64,000 nt of DNA from Phycisphaeraceae bacterium (GCA_963674705.1 OY771506.1:4672001-4736000); one strand, 5' to 3'; positions 29,786 to 40,027 are shown, counted from the first letter of the stretch. The notes: generated by a model from the letters alone, not told the origin. Made by a program: numbers and translations.

Positions 29786-31003
29786 TTAACCAAAGCGATG
29801 CTTGCGTCGGTATGTGATAGGCGTCTCGCCTGTTTCGCGTTTGAAGACTCTGCAAAGGTGATACATGTTGCCAAACCCCGACCGATCAGCGACTTCCTGC
29901 AACGTTGCGTCCGTCTCGGCAAGCAAGGACTTTGCTTTGTTCAGATGCGCCCGGCGGATCTCCTGAAGCGGGCTTCGGCCCAGGTGTTCACGGAACTTAC
30001 GCTCGAGTTGCCTGCGTGAAACGGGTACGATATCAAGGATGTCATCGACGCTGATCGGTCGATGCGATGCACTTTCAACGAACTTCACCGCTGCGGACAG
30101 GTCCGGATCATCCACTGCAAGTACGGATGTTGATTGACGGGGCGAGATACCAAGCGGGGGAAGTTTGACCCATGCATTGTCGACATGTTCGCCTTTCATG
30201 CGTTTATCAAGCATAACACCGGCTTCGTAACCGATGCGTGACAACGGGACTTTTATGCTGGAAAGCGCGGGTGTTGCCATATCGCAATGCAGCGAATCAT
30301 CGTTCACGCCGATCATTGCGACGTCTTCCGGTACACGAAGTCCTGCCCGATGTGCGACTTGCGTGATCCACAAGCCCCACTCGTCATCCCCTAGCAGCAA
30401 TCCGAACGGCCTTGGGATAGATGCAAGCCAATCAGCAAGCACATCATCTGCAGACGTCCATGCTTGCGACATATCCAGGCGAGGCAAGGGAGGCGATGCG
30501 CTGACTTCACAGCTTAGGCCATTGTCGATGATTGCTTGCTTGTAGCCTTCGAGCTGTTGATCGCACGATTCCCAGGAACTATCGCCGAAGTAAGCGAAGT
30601 CACGGAAACCCAGTTCGATGAGGTGATTTGCAGCCATCCGCCCTACTGCTGCGTGATCAACACCTACACCCGCAAGACTACCGCTTGTTCGGTGGTTAGA
30701 GACATCGATCACCGGCACATCCAACTGGCGCAGCGTGTTTTCCATCTCCGCGTCGGTGATGTTGGCGATGATTCCGTCGGGGCGCCAACGGCGAAGACGG
30801 TCGAGGTGGTCGAGTGTCAGGCCGCGCACGCCGTGCAGTTCCCATTCGGAGCGAGCGAGTTCGAGGCTAAGCAGGCCGCGCAATACCCTGCGCCAATAAC
30901 TATGGTCGCGATTGAACGCCAGAGCAATCCGCTTGTATGGCCGAGTGGGCATGAAAGTCACCTCGGGATGCACCTTGAACGTACAAGGCGTTTGGTACTT
31001 CAC
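29786..31003 (-). CDS. XylR-type regulator (periplasmic-binding-like domain plus AraC HTH)
   Basis: RVPEDVAMIGVNDD, PALSSI, RRQLERKFREHLGRSP, FKRETGETPITYR; start 30952 or 31003. Confidence 0.9.
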   Translation of the reverse strand: MKYQTPCTFKVHPEVTFMPTRPYKRIALAFNRDHSYWRRVLRGLLSLELARSEWELHGVRGLTLDHLDRLRRWRPDGIIANITDAEMENTLRQLDVPVIDVSNHRTSGSLAGVGVDHAAVGRMAANHLIELGFRDFAYFGDSSWESCDQQLEGYKQAIIDNGLSCEVSASPPLPRLDMSQAWTSADDVLADWLASIPRPFGLLLGDDEWGLWITQVAHRAGLRVPEDVAMIGVNDDSLHCDMATPALSSIKVPLSRIGYEAGVMLDKRMKGEHVDNAWVKLPPLGISPRQSTSVLAVDDPDLSAAVKFVESASHRPISVDDILDIVPVSRRQLERKFREHLGRSPLQEIRRAHLNKAKSLLAETDATLQEVADRSGFGNMYHLCRVFKRETGETPITYRRKHRFG

Positions 31004-32322
31004 TCAACGAGGAACGGCGCATTGGCGGTCCCGAGTTTCCCCGCGGGGCTATAGCCATAGAAGTATAGCCGATACGCACCGGGCTCATTGGGTGTCGTAA
31101 AGCGGATCGTTTTGTCATCAATGACTTCAAGCCCGACAGCCAGGCCGGTATCCGTGATCGCCTGGCTTCCCTGCGCTTCCGTGACCCTCTGCTCGGGCAG
31201 TACTTCCCAACGCACATCGAGCGTATCAGGATCGGCGTGCGTGTAGCTGACTTTTGCGGTGACGGTTTGTCCGGGCTTGAGGTGGATGCTTGAATCGAAT
31301 GCCTGGCCGTTGATGTCCAGCGCAGTAACCCAGGGCGAACGTTTTTCGGGCCATGCGCCGGTCCAGATGTACTGCATCATATCTACAACGGCATTGGGTT
31401 CGCCGTTCTCATGAAACAGGCTGAACCAGGTAGAGGTGCCCTTGGGAACGTAACCCCACTTGAATGGGAAAACACCAAGGCAGTGATTCTTATCCTGCAT
31501 CAGGTATTCGTAACGTTCACGGTAGATATCAGCCTTGATCCCGCTTGGCGGTTCGATCGGTACTTTCCAGTCGGTGCGGTAACTCGTCTCCCATGTCCCG
31601 TTGATACCGATCTCGGTAATCATGTACGGGCCCGTCCAGCCGGCTTTTTTCACATTCAGCGGAACGTTCTTGTATGAACCATAAGTATTCATCCCGAGGA
31701 TGTCGATCTCCGGGGCGCGTGTGCGTACAGCGGTGATGCGCTCGACCGCGGAGCCGGCAAGCACGGTCATCGTCGGATGGTTTGGATCTACCTTGTGGAT
31801 GAACTTGGCGATTTCGTTCATCGCTTCGTAAGGCTGGCCGCCGCGTGCTTCGGCTTCATTGCCGACGGCCCAGATGAGCACGGCCGGGTGATCCTTGTAC
31901 TTCAGGATCTCCTTGGTCAGCTCTTCATACTGCTTGGCGACCATCTGCGGGTCAGCATAATCAAATCCGTCACGCTTGTGCCCGAGCCAGAGGCCGATGA
32001 CAACGCCCATGCCGCGTTTGTGTGCTTCATCGAGGATACGGCCATTGTCCAAATGTTGGATGGACCATGTACGGATGGTATTAGCACCGGCTTCGATCGC
32101 GGCATCGAGTTCATCAAAACCGGAGATCGGATGCACTTCGAACGGCTTACCGTCACGCAGGAGCATGTATTGACCGTTGTGCTGGACCACCTTGACCGGG
32201 ATGGGCCCCTCTGCTTCCGCTTGTACTGAAGGTGCGAGAGCAAGCAAAGCGACGATGCAAATCACAATCAGGTCAATTCCACGATTCAAATATTTCAAAC
32301 GCATACCTCCAAATTCACACAT
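31000..32322 (-). CDS. GH2 TIM-barrel-like secreted glycoside hydrolase
   Basis: GANTIRTW, YKDHPAVLIWAVGNE, DPNHPTMTV, PYMITEIG (both clan-A Glu present). Confidence 0.85.
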   Translation of the reverse strand: MCEFGGMRLKYLNRGIDLIVICIVALLALAPSVQAEAEGPIPVKVVQHNGQYMLLRDGKPFEVHPISGFDELDAAIEAGANTIRTWSIQHLDNGRILDEAHKRGMGVVIGLWLGHKRDGFDYADPQMVAKQYEELTKEILKYKDHPAVLIWAVGNEAEARGGQPYEAMNEIAKFIHKVDPNHPTMTVLAGSAVERITAVRTRAPEIDILGMNTYGSYKNVPLNVKKAGWTGPYMITEIGINGTWETSYRTDWKVPIEPPSGIKADIYRERYEYLMQDKNHCLGVFPFKWGYVPKGTSTWFSLFHENGEPNAVVDMMQYIWTGAWPEKRSPWVTALDINGQAFDSSIHLKPGQTVTAKVSYTHADPDTLDVRWEVLPEQRVTEAQGSQAITDTGLAVGLEVIDDKTIRFTTPNEPGAYRLYFYGYSPAGKLGTANAPFLVE

Positions 32323-32338
32323 CCTCTATACAGATGAT

Positions 32339-33163
32339 TTAATTCGAGCCTTCAACTTCACGATCTTTCGGCGACCAGAGTGTGTTGTATCGGCTGATGC
32401 CTTGTGAGCGGTCAACCAACTCGTCATCGTTTGTTGTAGCGGCATGCCCATCGACATAAGCGAAGTTGATACTGCCACGTGCTTCGGTAGGTGTATCACC
32501 TGAGGGACGGTGGCGTGAGTAATCCAATCTGCTTTCAGCGGCCGGACTGAACTGGATACCTAGTGAAGTACCCGGCTCTGGTCGATCGACGAAGTTTTCA
32601 TAAGGTGTGAAATCACCATACGCCAACATCGGACGGGCATAAAGCAAACCGTCCGTTCGATAGATTGACCATGCCTCACCCAAAAGAAGTGTCTCGGAAG
32701 ACTGGGGCACGCTTGCATCGAAGCGCTCTCCCGCGGTGGAAGGCACATAGGTTTCACGTATATCACCACTGGCGGCCCAGACATTCATGGCGTAAGACCG
32801 CGCCGAATCTTCATCACTTGGGCAGGCAAGGATCGAACCGCCGAGGTTACCGGCATTCGTGTTTTCATTGGTAGGCAGATACGGCCCAAGGACTTCGATT
32901 TCGTGCCACATGGGTTTATTGGTATCACCCATCGGGAACAGGTCTTTGTTGCTCGTGGCATAGCTGGCAAAAGCGACGCCCAACTGACGAATATTGCTCA
33001 GACATTGCATATTCTGCGCCGCCTTGCGTGCCGCACCAAGCGCCGGCAGCAGGATACCGACCAGCAGCGCGATGATACTGATCACGACCAACAGCTCGAT
33101 GAGCGTGAAGGCTCGTATCGCACCGGAAGTGTTTGCCGGCATGGTTGACTTTGTGCTTAACAT
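32339..33163 (-). CDS. DUF1559-type prepilin N-terminal cleavage/methylation protein
   Basis: [39 protein letters not shown]-terminal NFAYVDGHA. Confidence 0.9.
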   Translation of the reverse strand: MLSTKSTMPANTSGAIRAFTLIELLVVISIIALLVGILLPALGAARKAAQNMQCLSNIRQLGVAFASYATSNKDLFPMGDTNKPMWHEIEVLGPYLPTNENTNAGNLGGSILACPSDEDSARSYAMNVWAASGDIRETYVPSTAGERFDASVPQSSETLLLGEAWSIYRTDGLLYARPMLAYGDFTPYENFVDRPEPGTSLGIQFSPAAESRLDYSRHRPSGDTPTEARGSINFAYVDGHAATTNDDELVDRSQGISRYNTLWSPKDREVEGSN

Positions 33164-33237
33164 GAGAACCTATCCTCCAATAGTAGCGTGCGTGTAACAG
33201 GTTGGCTTCATGCCGGTCCCGTCTTTATGCAAATCGT

Positions 33238-34911
33238 TTACTTTCCGACCAATGCGGCGGAGACGCCTTGTTTATGACTCTTTTTCTCGACCCACTGGCT
33301 TATCCCGGTGGTTATTGGGCCATCGGACCACGTGAGTATCTGGTGGTCAGTGAGTAGTTGTTGCTTCAGGTTTTCGTATGGCAGGTCCTGTACGGCCAGG
33401 TTCTGATCGATCGACAGGCTTGCAGCAGTAGCAGCGGACTGGCCGAGGATCATGCCGACCGGCTCCATGCGGATCGAGCCGAACGCGATGTGTGATGCGG
33501 ACACACACCACGGCACGAGCAGGTTTTCACATTCACCCTTGCGAGGCACGATCGCGCGGTAGCTGACGCGATACGGTGCGTTGGGCTCAACCTCGACATT
33601 ACCTTCGTTGACCAAACGCCCATCGACCACGAGGCGACGGCAGTTGTGTGAATCCATGGTGTACGCAGCAAGCCCGATCGGGTCTTCGACCACTTGCTGG
33701 TGTCGGCAGTGATGTTCAGTCATGACAATGTCGCCGACCATGCGTCGGGCTTCACGGATGTAGAGTTGATTGGGCCAACCGCCGGTATCCATGAATTCAT
33801 CTTTCGGCAAACCCCACTTGGCGACTTCCTCGCGGATCTCAGCGGGGACACGCTCATCGTTGACCAAGAAGTAATACATCCCCTGGTTGTAGGTAACGTG
33901 GTCCTGGAAAATGCGTTCGCGCGTGTGGTAATCACCTTCTGGCCAATCGTAATTTGCGCCGATGTGGTCGGATGAGAATCCGCCGAAGTTATTGGTATCG
34001 GTTTTCTGATTGGGGATCGGCAGTGTCAGGAAAAGGGCGTCCCAGATGCCGGCGTTGATGTAACGAAGTAAGAGTTCATATCGCTGCGGGTCATAGTTAT
34101 TCGGCTTGGGGAAAGGCAGTTTGTTGTTGTCGACGTTGGTCAGACACAGGCGGAAGTTGTACGCCTGGATGGACGTATCTGCTTGTCCGTTGTGTCCGAG
34201 AGGCAAGTCCTGTACGCCAGGAAGGAGGCCGGAGGATGGATCGCCTGGCACGACGTAGGGATCGACCCATGCCTTGAAGTTATGTCCCGGGTGGCCGAAG
34301 TGAATACCGTTTAGCGTTTCGTGGTATTGGCGGTTGGCTTCGCGGCCGACGGTGTAGGTAACACCGGCCTTGGCCATCAGGTCACCTTCGTATGTCGCAT
34401 CGATGAACATGGAGGCGGCGTAAGTTGAGCCGCATTCCATTGTGATACTCTTGATGCGATTATCTTCGGTTGCGACATCGGCAAGCCGCTTTTCGTAATG
34501 CACCTCGATGTCGGCATCGTCGAGCATGCTTTTAAAGATGGCTTGGGCAACGTGCGGCTCGAAGCGCCAGGACAGTGGTTTGTTGTAATGCCTTCCGATG
34601 CGTTTGTAGAATTCCCGAGAGATACCGCCGATAGCAAGTTCGTGACCGACGTCTGTCGCACCAAGACCCGCGGTGGTCATCCCACCGAGATGACTGTTGA
34701 AAACGAGCAGGACGACGCGCTTACCCATCCGGCTTGCCTGGATGGCGGCGGCGATACCGGCGGGGGTTCCGCCGTAGACGACGATATCACATCGGACATT
34801 TCTCGGTTCTCCGGGCGTCGCAAGCGGGTAGTAATAGTGCAAGCCGGGCACCTTGGCGGCTTGCTCCGGCTGTGAACCATTACGATTTTTCGGTGAACTG
34901 ATCATCGTCAA
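33238..34911 (-). CDS. FAD-dependent oxidoreductase (PF12831-like)
   Basis: DIVVYGGTPAGIAAA, FIDATYEGDLMA, LYIREARRM, SASHIAFGSIRMEP. Confidence 0.9.
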   Translation of the reverse strand: MTMISSPKNRNGSQPEQAAKVPGLHYYYPLATPGEPRNVRCDIVVYGGTPAGIAAAIQASRMGKRVVLLVFNSHLGGMTTAGLGATDVGHELAIGGISREFYKRIGRHYNKPLSWRFEPHVAQAIFKSMLDDADIEVHYEKRLADVATEDNRIKSITMECGSTYAASMFIDATYEGDLMAKAGVTYTVGREANRQYHETLNGIHFGHPGHNFKAWVDPYVVPGDPSSGLLPGVQDLPLGHNGQADTSIQAYNFRLCLTNVDNNKLPFPKPNNYDPQRYELLLRYINAGIWDALFLTLPIPNQKTDTNNFGGFSSDHIGANYDWPEGDYHTRERIFQDHVTYNQGMYYFLVNDERVPAEIREEVAKWGLPKDEFMDTGGWPNQLYIREARRMVGDIVMTEHHCRHQQVVEDPIGLAAYTMDSHNCRRLVVDGRLVNEGNVEVEPNAPYRVSYRAIVPRKGECENLLVPWCVSASHIAFGSIRMEPVGMILGQSAATAASLSIDQNLAVQDLPYENLKQQLLTDHQILTWSDGPITTGISQWVEKKSHKQGVSAALVGK

Positions 34912-35096
34912 AATTCATATCCTACATGTGTCACTTGACTTATGACAGACAGGAGCAAATGTCGTCTCCTATCCGCCCACACTAATTATGCCGATCGAGG
35001 CTTGCTTCTCAATGCGCAATAGCGTATTATTTTTATAATATCACGTATTTCTATGGAGACGCTTTTCAGGTATTGCGTTCGGGACAGGAGCGGTCT

Positions 35097-36272
35097 GTGA
35101 GTGAATCTAAACTGCCAAGAGTGGCGGTCATGCTGGACCTGGCCAGCGCGTACGGCCGATCCGAGGCGATGGGTGTGGCGCAGTACGTCGCGTCGCATCA
35201 GCCTTGGCGCGTCGAGTTATCCGTAGCTACACAGTCGACACGCAGCATTCGGCAGATTGATGCCGATGGTTTGATCATGCCTGTAACGACCGAGGCGCAG
35301 CGCGATGAGGTACTGAAACTGGGTATCCCGACAGTGAGCATCGCGGGCAATCTGACGGATACAGGTTTTCCCGTGGTGACTGCTGACCATGAAAAGATCG
35401 GCAGGATGGCGGCGGAGTTTTTCCTGAAGCGCGGATTTGAGTTCATGGCGTTTTGTGGGATCAGCGATCGTTACTATTCACCTCGTCGTGGTAACGGATT
35501 CACTCAGACATTACAGAAGGCGGGTATTCGATGTTATATGCACGAGAAGAGTGCACCGACGGCGCGCCGCAACCGTACGAGTGACCAAAAGCAAAGGCTG
35601 GCGCAATGGCTGGTGAGTTTGCCTAAGCCGTGTGGATTATTTGTTTGCGATGATCTGCAAGCTGTTGAGTTGCTGGACGCGGCAAGGCAGGTGGGCGTAC
35701 GTGTGCCGGATGAAGTGGCGGTGTTGTCGGTAGATAACGATGAACTGTCGTGCAATCTTTCCGATCCGCCGTTATCGAGTATTGACCACGGCACACAACA
35801 GATCGGATATCAGGCGGGGAACCTGCTGGATCGAATGCTGCGTGGCGAATCGGTATCACTGAAACCGGTTGTTGTGCCGCCGACGACGATCGTATTGCGG
35901 CGGAGCACGGATGTGTATCCACAAAGCGACCCGCATATCAATCGTGCGTTGGCATTTATGCAAGACAACTTGACACGCAGGATACAGGTTGAAGATATCG
36001 TGGAAGCATCGGGTGTGTCTCGGCGGTTGCTGGAAAATGCGTTCCGGAAAGTCATCCATCGGTCTATTCTGGATGAGTACCATCGTTTACAGATCGAGAT
36101 GATCATGCACCTGTTACGTGACACAACAATCCCGTTGAAGCAGATAGCCATGCAGATGGGATTCAATAATGTCTACTACTTCAACGCCTTTTTTAAGCGA
36201 ACAGTGGGTATCCCGCCGGGTAAGTACAGGAAAACGGCACAGATGCCCAGCCAATCAATGTTGATGCAGTAA
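35097..36272 (+). CDS. XylR-type regulator (periplasmic-binding-like domain plus AraC HTH)
   Basis: RVPDEVAVLSVDND, PPLSSID, SRRLLENAF, FKRTVGIPPGKYR; GTG start at 35097 after AGGAG. Confidence 0.9.
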   Translation: MSESKLPRVAVMLDLASAYGRSEAMGVAQYVASHQPWRVELSVATQSTRSIRQIDADGLIMPVTTEAQRDEVLKLGIPTVSIAGNLTDTGFPVVTADHEKIGRMAAEFFLKRGFEFMAFCGISDRYYSPRRGNGFTQTLQKAGIRCYMHEKSAPTARRNRTSDQKQRLAQWLVSLPKPCGLFVCDDLQAVELLDAARQVGVRVPDEVAVLSVDNDELSCNLSDPPLSSIDHGTQQIGYQAGNLLDRMLRGESVSLKPVVVPPTTIVLRRSTDVYPQSDPHINRALAFMQDNLTRRIQVEDIVEASGVSRRLLENAFRKVIHRSILDEYHRLQIEMIMHLLRDTTIPLKQIAMQMGFNNVYYFNAFFKRTVGIPPGKYRKTAQMPSQSMLMQ

Positions 36273-36289
36273 TGAGCGACAGCCCTCTA

Positions 36290-36433
36290 TTACCTTCTGA
36301 TTTTTAATCCCGTCACAGCGCCGAATGTAAACACCAGCAGCGATGCGGGTTCGGGTATTGCTACGATGTCGGAAGATGGCGCTGCGGTGTTCAAGTTATT
36401 GAGATCCCTGTAAAGCAAGCTTTTAAACTGCAC
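36290..36433 (-). pseudogene. PEP-CTERM sorting-signal stub (47 aa), remnant or mini-protein
   Basis: Manual translation VQFKSLLYRDLNNLNTAAPSSDIVAIPEPASLLVFTFGAVTGLKIRR*; its GTG overlaps the pilT stop codon. Confidence 0.65.
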
Positions 36434-37488
36434 TACGCGGAACGCTTGGTAATCTGCTCGGGGTATCGGGCAAGGCTCACAGCCGTGTCATAACTGATAT
36501 CTCCCTGTTGATACAGCTTCAGCAATGAACGATCCATGGTGGTCATATCGTGCTTGCCGCCGGCCTGCATCTCCGAGTAGAGCCTGTATGACTCATTATC
36601 GCGTACTTGTTTGCGGACACCCGGGGTGCCGACGAGGACCTCACAAGCGATGATCCTGCCGTCACCGTTAGCACGCGGTATGAGTTGTTGAGAGATCACC
36701 CCTTGCAGCACGTTGGCAAGCATAAAGCGGACCTCGTCCTGCTGGCCCTCAGGGAAAGCCGAACTAATTCGCTGGATGACTTCTGCCGCGCCCGGGGTGT
36801 GTAGTGTGGCGATGACGAGGTGGCCCGTCTCCGCAGCCATCAATGCTGTATAAATTGTTTCGGGATCGCGCATTTCACCAATACAGATTACATCGGGGTC
36901 CTGACGCAAAACATGTTTAAGAGCGTTGTTGAAGTCAAGCACATCGGTGAGTACTTCCTGTTGGATAACGATAGATCGCTTGTACTTGTGCGTGAACTCG
37001 ACCGGGTCCTCGATAGTTACGATCTTTCTGCGGTATTCGACATTGATCAAGTCGACCATGTAGTGGAACGTGGTGGTTTTACCGGTGCCCGTCGGGCCAG
37101 TGATAAGAACCAGGCCGTTGGGCTTACGTGCCAGGTCATCGACTATTTTCGGCAAGGCTAGATCTTCCCGGCTGCGGATATGTTGTTCGCTTAACCGGAT
37201 AGACATTTCCGGGATGCCGTTGCGGAAGTACAACGCAACACGTGCGCGGTCTTCATCTTTGCCGAACCGTGTCGAGAAGCACAGCGCCAGGTCGCGGTCG
37301 AATTTGGACCGTTGCTCATCATTGAGTAGTTCGTAGGCCAGCGTACGAGCCGTTTCGGGCGTGATGCTGTCGCCCTTGGCGGTCACGATCTGCCCGTCTT
37401 TGCGGAAGATGGGTGGCACCCCAACAACGACATGCAGATCGCTGGCGTGGTGGTGTCTTGCGGTCTGCAACAAGGAAAGAAGTTTCAT
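36433..37488 (-). CDS. pilT: PilT/PilU-family ATPase
   Basis: ASDLHVVVGVPP, GPTGTGKTTT, TIEDPVEF, LRQDPDVICIGEMRD, AETGHLVIATLHT; ATG 37488 overlaps the TPR stop. Confidence 0.9.
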   Translation of the reverse strand: MKLLSLLQTARHHHASDLHVVVGVPPIFRKDGQIVTAKGDSITPETARTLAYELLNDEQRSKFDRDLALCFSTRFGKDEDRARVALYFRNGIPEMSIRLSEQHIRSREDLALPKIVDDLARKPNGLVLITGPTGTGKTTTFHYMVDLINVEYRRKIVTIEDPVEFTHKYKRSIVIQQEVLTDVLDFNNALKHVLRQDPDVICIGEMRDPETIYTALMAAETGHLVIATLHTPGAAEVIQRISSAFPEGQQDEVRFMLANVLQGVISQQLIPRANGDGRIIACEVLVGTPGVRKQVRDNESYRLYSEMQAGGKHDMTTMDRSLLKLYQQGDISYDTAVSLARYPEQITKRSA

Positions 37489-38276
37489 CGGAGCCTCCAT
37501 AAACAAAGGGGAGACAGCAACCGTGCCAACAGATGGACACGGCCGGTCGAGTTCAACGCTTCAATCGCCAGACTAAACTCCGGCGACAGTTCCAGCGAAC
37601 GACGGTAACTTTCACGCGCGGCGCCCCACCACCCCAGGCCCTGCTGGCATCGACCCAGCATGTACCAGTTGTATGCGTGCTCCGGGCGTTTGCTTAATGC
37701 CAGGTGAGTTTGCTTCATAGCCGAGGCGAACCTGCCATAGAACTCGAGAATCTCTGAGATCAATATGTAATCAAACCAGTCGAATTCTGGCTCACACGCA
37801 GCCTTTGCGAAGCACTCTTCATAATGCGACTTCCTGCACGCAAGCAAAACCTCTCCGCGCGATTCCCAGCGCCATGCGGATTGGCCCGGAGCACCCACTG
37901 CCATATCCGAATAGGCCATCGCACTCTTGCGGTCGCCTAACCGTGCCGATGCCTGGGCTCGACAAGCAAGCAAGTCGCCGTGATATGGGAAGACCTCCAA
38001 GGCCTTGTCAGCCCATAGTAGCGCCTCCTCGTATTCAGCTAACTGCACCAGCATCTGGACCTGGCCGCACCAGGCAGCAACCCGGCCCCGGTCCTCGCCA
38101 AGGGTGCGCGTGTAATACCGTAGCGCCCGCTCGCAGTCGCCCCACGACCTTGCCTCAGTAGCGATCGCGAAGCAACGGTCTGCACCGTGTTCTTCCAGAT
38201 CAAGCATCGGCCTCGTTTCAGACTGGCTCTCCTGTGGCTTTCGTAGTTCTAAGCGTCCGAATCGTCCTTCCATCAT
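37485..38276 (-). CDS. Tetratricopeptide-repeat protein
   Basis: TPR patterns AWCGQVQMLVQLAEYEEALLWADKALEVFP and NWYMLGRCQQGLGWWGAARESYRRSLELSP. Confidence 0.8.
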   Translation of the reverse strand: MMEGRFGRLELRKPQESQSETRPMLDLEEHGADRCFAIATEARSWGDCERALRYYTRTLGEDRGRVAAWCGQVQMLVQLAEYEEALLWADKALEVFPYHGDLLACRAQASARLGDRKSAMAYSDMAVGAPGQSAWRWESRGEVLLACRKSHYEECFAKAACEPEFDWFDYILISEILEFYGRFASAMKQTHLALSKRPEHAYNWYMLGRCQQGLGWWGAARESYRRSLELSPEFSLAIEALNSTGRVHLLARLLSPLCLWRLR

Positions 38277-38278
38277 TT

Positions 38279-39277
38279 TTACTCCACTGCCCCGAATCGC
38301 GAGAATGGACGCAACCGCCACAACGCAAGCCCGGATATGTCTGAAGCATTAACCTGGCAGTCACGATGCAGCATTTGTCTGATCAATTGCCCGACGTTAC
38401 CGCCGTGTGCCTCCCAATTCAGGTTCGAGGGCAGGATCAGATAATGTCCTTGATTAACTGTGAATTCAAGATCCGGAAAATGTCGGACACCGTTCAACGG
38501 CATCGCCTCGGCAGGTAGAGGCTGACCGTTAACTAAAATCCGTCCCGATACGATAGAAACCGATTCCCCCTCAAGAGCGACGATACGATCCACCCCGTAG
38601 CCATGCTCTAGCTCATAAATCACTAAATCACCACGCTCGTACCGATCGGGGCGAAGCCACCTGCCGGTATACACGATAGTATCACCGTTCTGTACGATGC
38701 CAGTATCTGCAACGTTGTTGATCTGCAACGCACCGCAAAGACCCGTGGTGGTCCACGAGAGCGCCAGGTAAATCGTCAGGTTCAGTACGATCACAAACCA
38801 GACACCCACCATCAACCGACCCCGCCACGACAAACGCGTCATACCAGGCCTGATCGCTAGCGCAATCGCCGTGGCATGCACCAAGATCGCCAAGGCCCGC
38901 CACCAGCTTCCCGCTACCGAGCCATACGTCAAGAAACTCAGCGCCATCAACACACACCAGCCTGCCAATATGGACCAGCCCAGGATTCTTTGTCCCAGTA
39001 CCAACTGGCCCAGCCCCGGGACCAATGACATCACGAGCGAACCCAGAGGTGCACCGCCTGAGATTCGTGGCAGCCTTAGCCTCTGGATTATGCCTGAAAA
39101 ATTGAAGCCGATGCGATGCGTCGACCGGATCACACCGAGGCGGGTACGACGCAGCGCGACCGGGCCCGTCGCACGGGGCGGCTCTATATCGATCTGCTTC
39201 AGGTTCAGGATCGCGTTGCAGCGCGCACAACGCTCCAGCCCCGGCATGTTCTCAAAGTCACATGAACTGCACTTCAT
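38279..39277 (-). CDS. Zinc-ribbon, multi-TM and S26 signal-peptidase-like domain protein (catalytic residues apparently absent)
   Basis: CSSC..CARC ribbon; SLVPGLGQL TM motif; RGDLVIY, DRIVALEGESVSIVSGRILVNG. Confidence 0.75.
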   Translation of the reverse strand: MKCSSCDFENMPGLERCARCNAILNLKQIDIEPPRATGPVALRRTRLGVIRSTHRIGFNFSGIIQRLRLPRISGGAPLGSLVMSLVPGLGQLVLGQRILGWSILAGWCVLMALSFLTYGSVAGSWWRALAILVHATAIALAIRPGMTRLSWRGRLMVGVWFVIVLNLTIYLALSWTTTGLCGALQINNVADTGIVQNGDTIVYTGRWLRPDRYERGDLVIYELEHGYGVDRIVALEGESVSIVSGRILVNGQPLPAEAMPLNGVRHFPDLEFTVNQGHYLILPSNLNWEAHGGNVGQLIRQMLHRDCQVNASDISGLALWRLRPFSRFGAVE

Positions 39278-39292
39278 GCTACAACCCTGTGG

Positions 39293-39520
39293 CTAATGAT
39301 CGGTTTGGTCACGGACTCGACCGTGCTGCATACCTTGGATATGCACCGACCCGTCCTGGCTGTAGTACTCGGCCGTCTTCTGACGCGATTCTTCGTGACC
39401 AACAATGTCTCTGATAAGGTCGGCTAATTCGAAACACTGCTGCCCCTGCGAACCGACAACCTCAACACGGACCTGGCCATCATTCGTGATCTCAATTTTG
39501 TATTCAGGTATCTTCGTCAA
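39293..39520 (-). CDS. DUF2997-like small protein
   Basis: IEITNDGQVRVEVVGSQGQQC..L..I..IVG.EE.RQKTAEYY; probable TTG start at 39520. Confidence 0.75.
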   Translation of the reverse strand: MTKIPEYKIEITNDGQVRVEVVGSQGQQCFELADLIRDIVGHEESRQKTAEYYSQDGSVHIQGMQHGRVRDQTDH

Positions 39521-39536
39521 CTCATTAGCCCCTTGT

Positions 39537-40004
39537 TTATATGGATGAGCCACCGAAACGGATGCGCATTTGGATCGATGCATCCTCTGTCATATGCTCT
39601 TCGACGACCTCGAAACGGCGCTGCTTCAGCTCCGTAACCAGTTTGTGATAGGTGAACTGCTGGATAAGCCTGCCGGAAACCTCATCGCCGAGGGCTTTCA
39701 TCTCGGCCTTGCTCAGGTTGTCCGAGGTCACACATACCGTGCATCGGCCGCGTTCGTCACGGCCGATCCGCACGGTCGCGTCGTCGCGTTGAATTGTGAT
39801 CGATTGCCCGTGAGACACGCCTTCGGTGATGACTTCGCTGTCAGCCAACTCGGTCTCGACGGTGTTACCCGTTTTCTTTTGCTCAACTTCATGGCCGCCG
39901 GTGGCGACGCTGAAGCCCAGCGATGCGGCTACCCCGCCGACCGCGGTCGCGATCATCGGCCAGGATCCAATAACAATCGGTGTCAGAACACAGACAGCAC
40001 TCAT
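39537..40004 (-). CDS. DUF1257 (Ycf35-like) protein with N-terminal hydrophobic Gly/Ala segment
   Basis: LIQQFTYHKLVTELKQRRFEVVEE..EDASIQMRI C-terminus; lies between AAA+ and DUF2997-like genes. Confidence 0.7.
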   Translation of the reverse strand: MSAVCVLTPIVIGSWPMIATAVGGVAASLGFSVATGGHEVEQKKTGNTVETELADSEVITEGVSHGQSITIQRDDATVRIGRDERGRCTVCVTSDNLSKAEMKALGDEVSGRLIQQFTYHKLVTELKQRRFEVVEEHMTEDASIQMRIRFGGSSI

Positions 40005-40027
40005 GACAAATCTCCTTGATCGGGTGC

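Noticed and set aside
35014..35031. GCGCAA upstream of the FAD oxidoreductase/XylR pair as a fourth operator copy
   Set aside because: The second half-site does not match at the N4 spacing.
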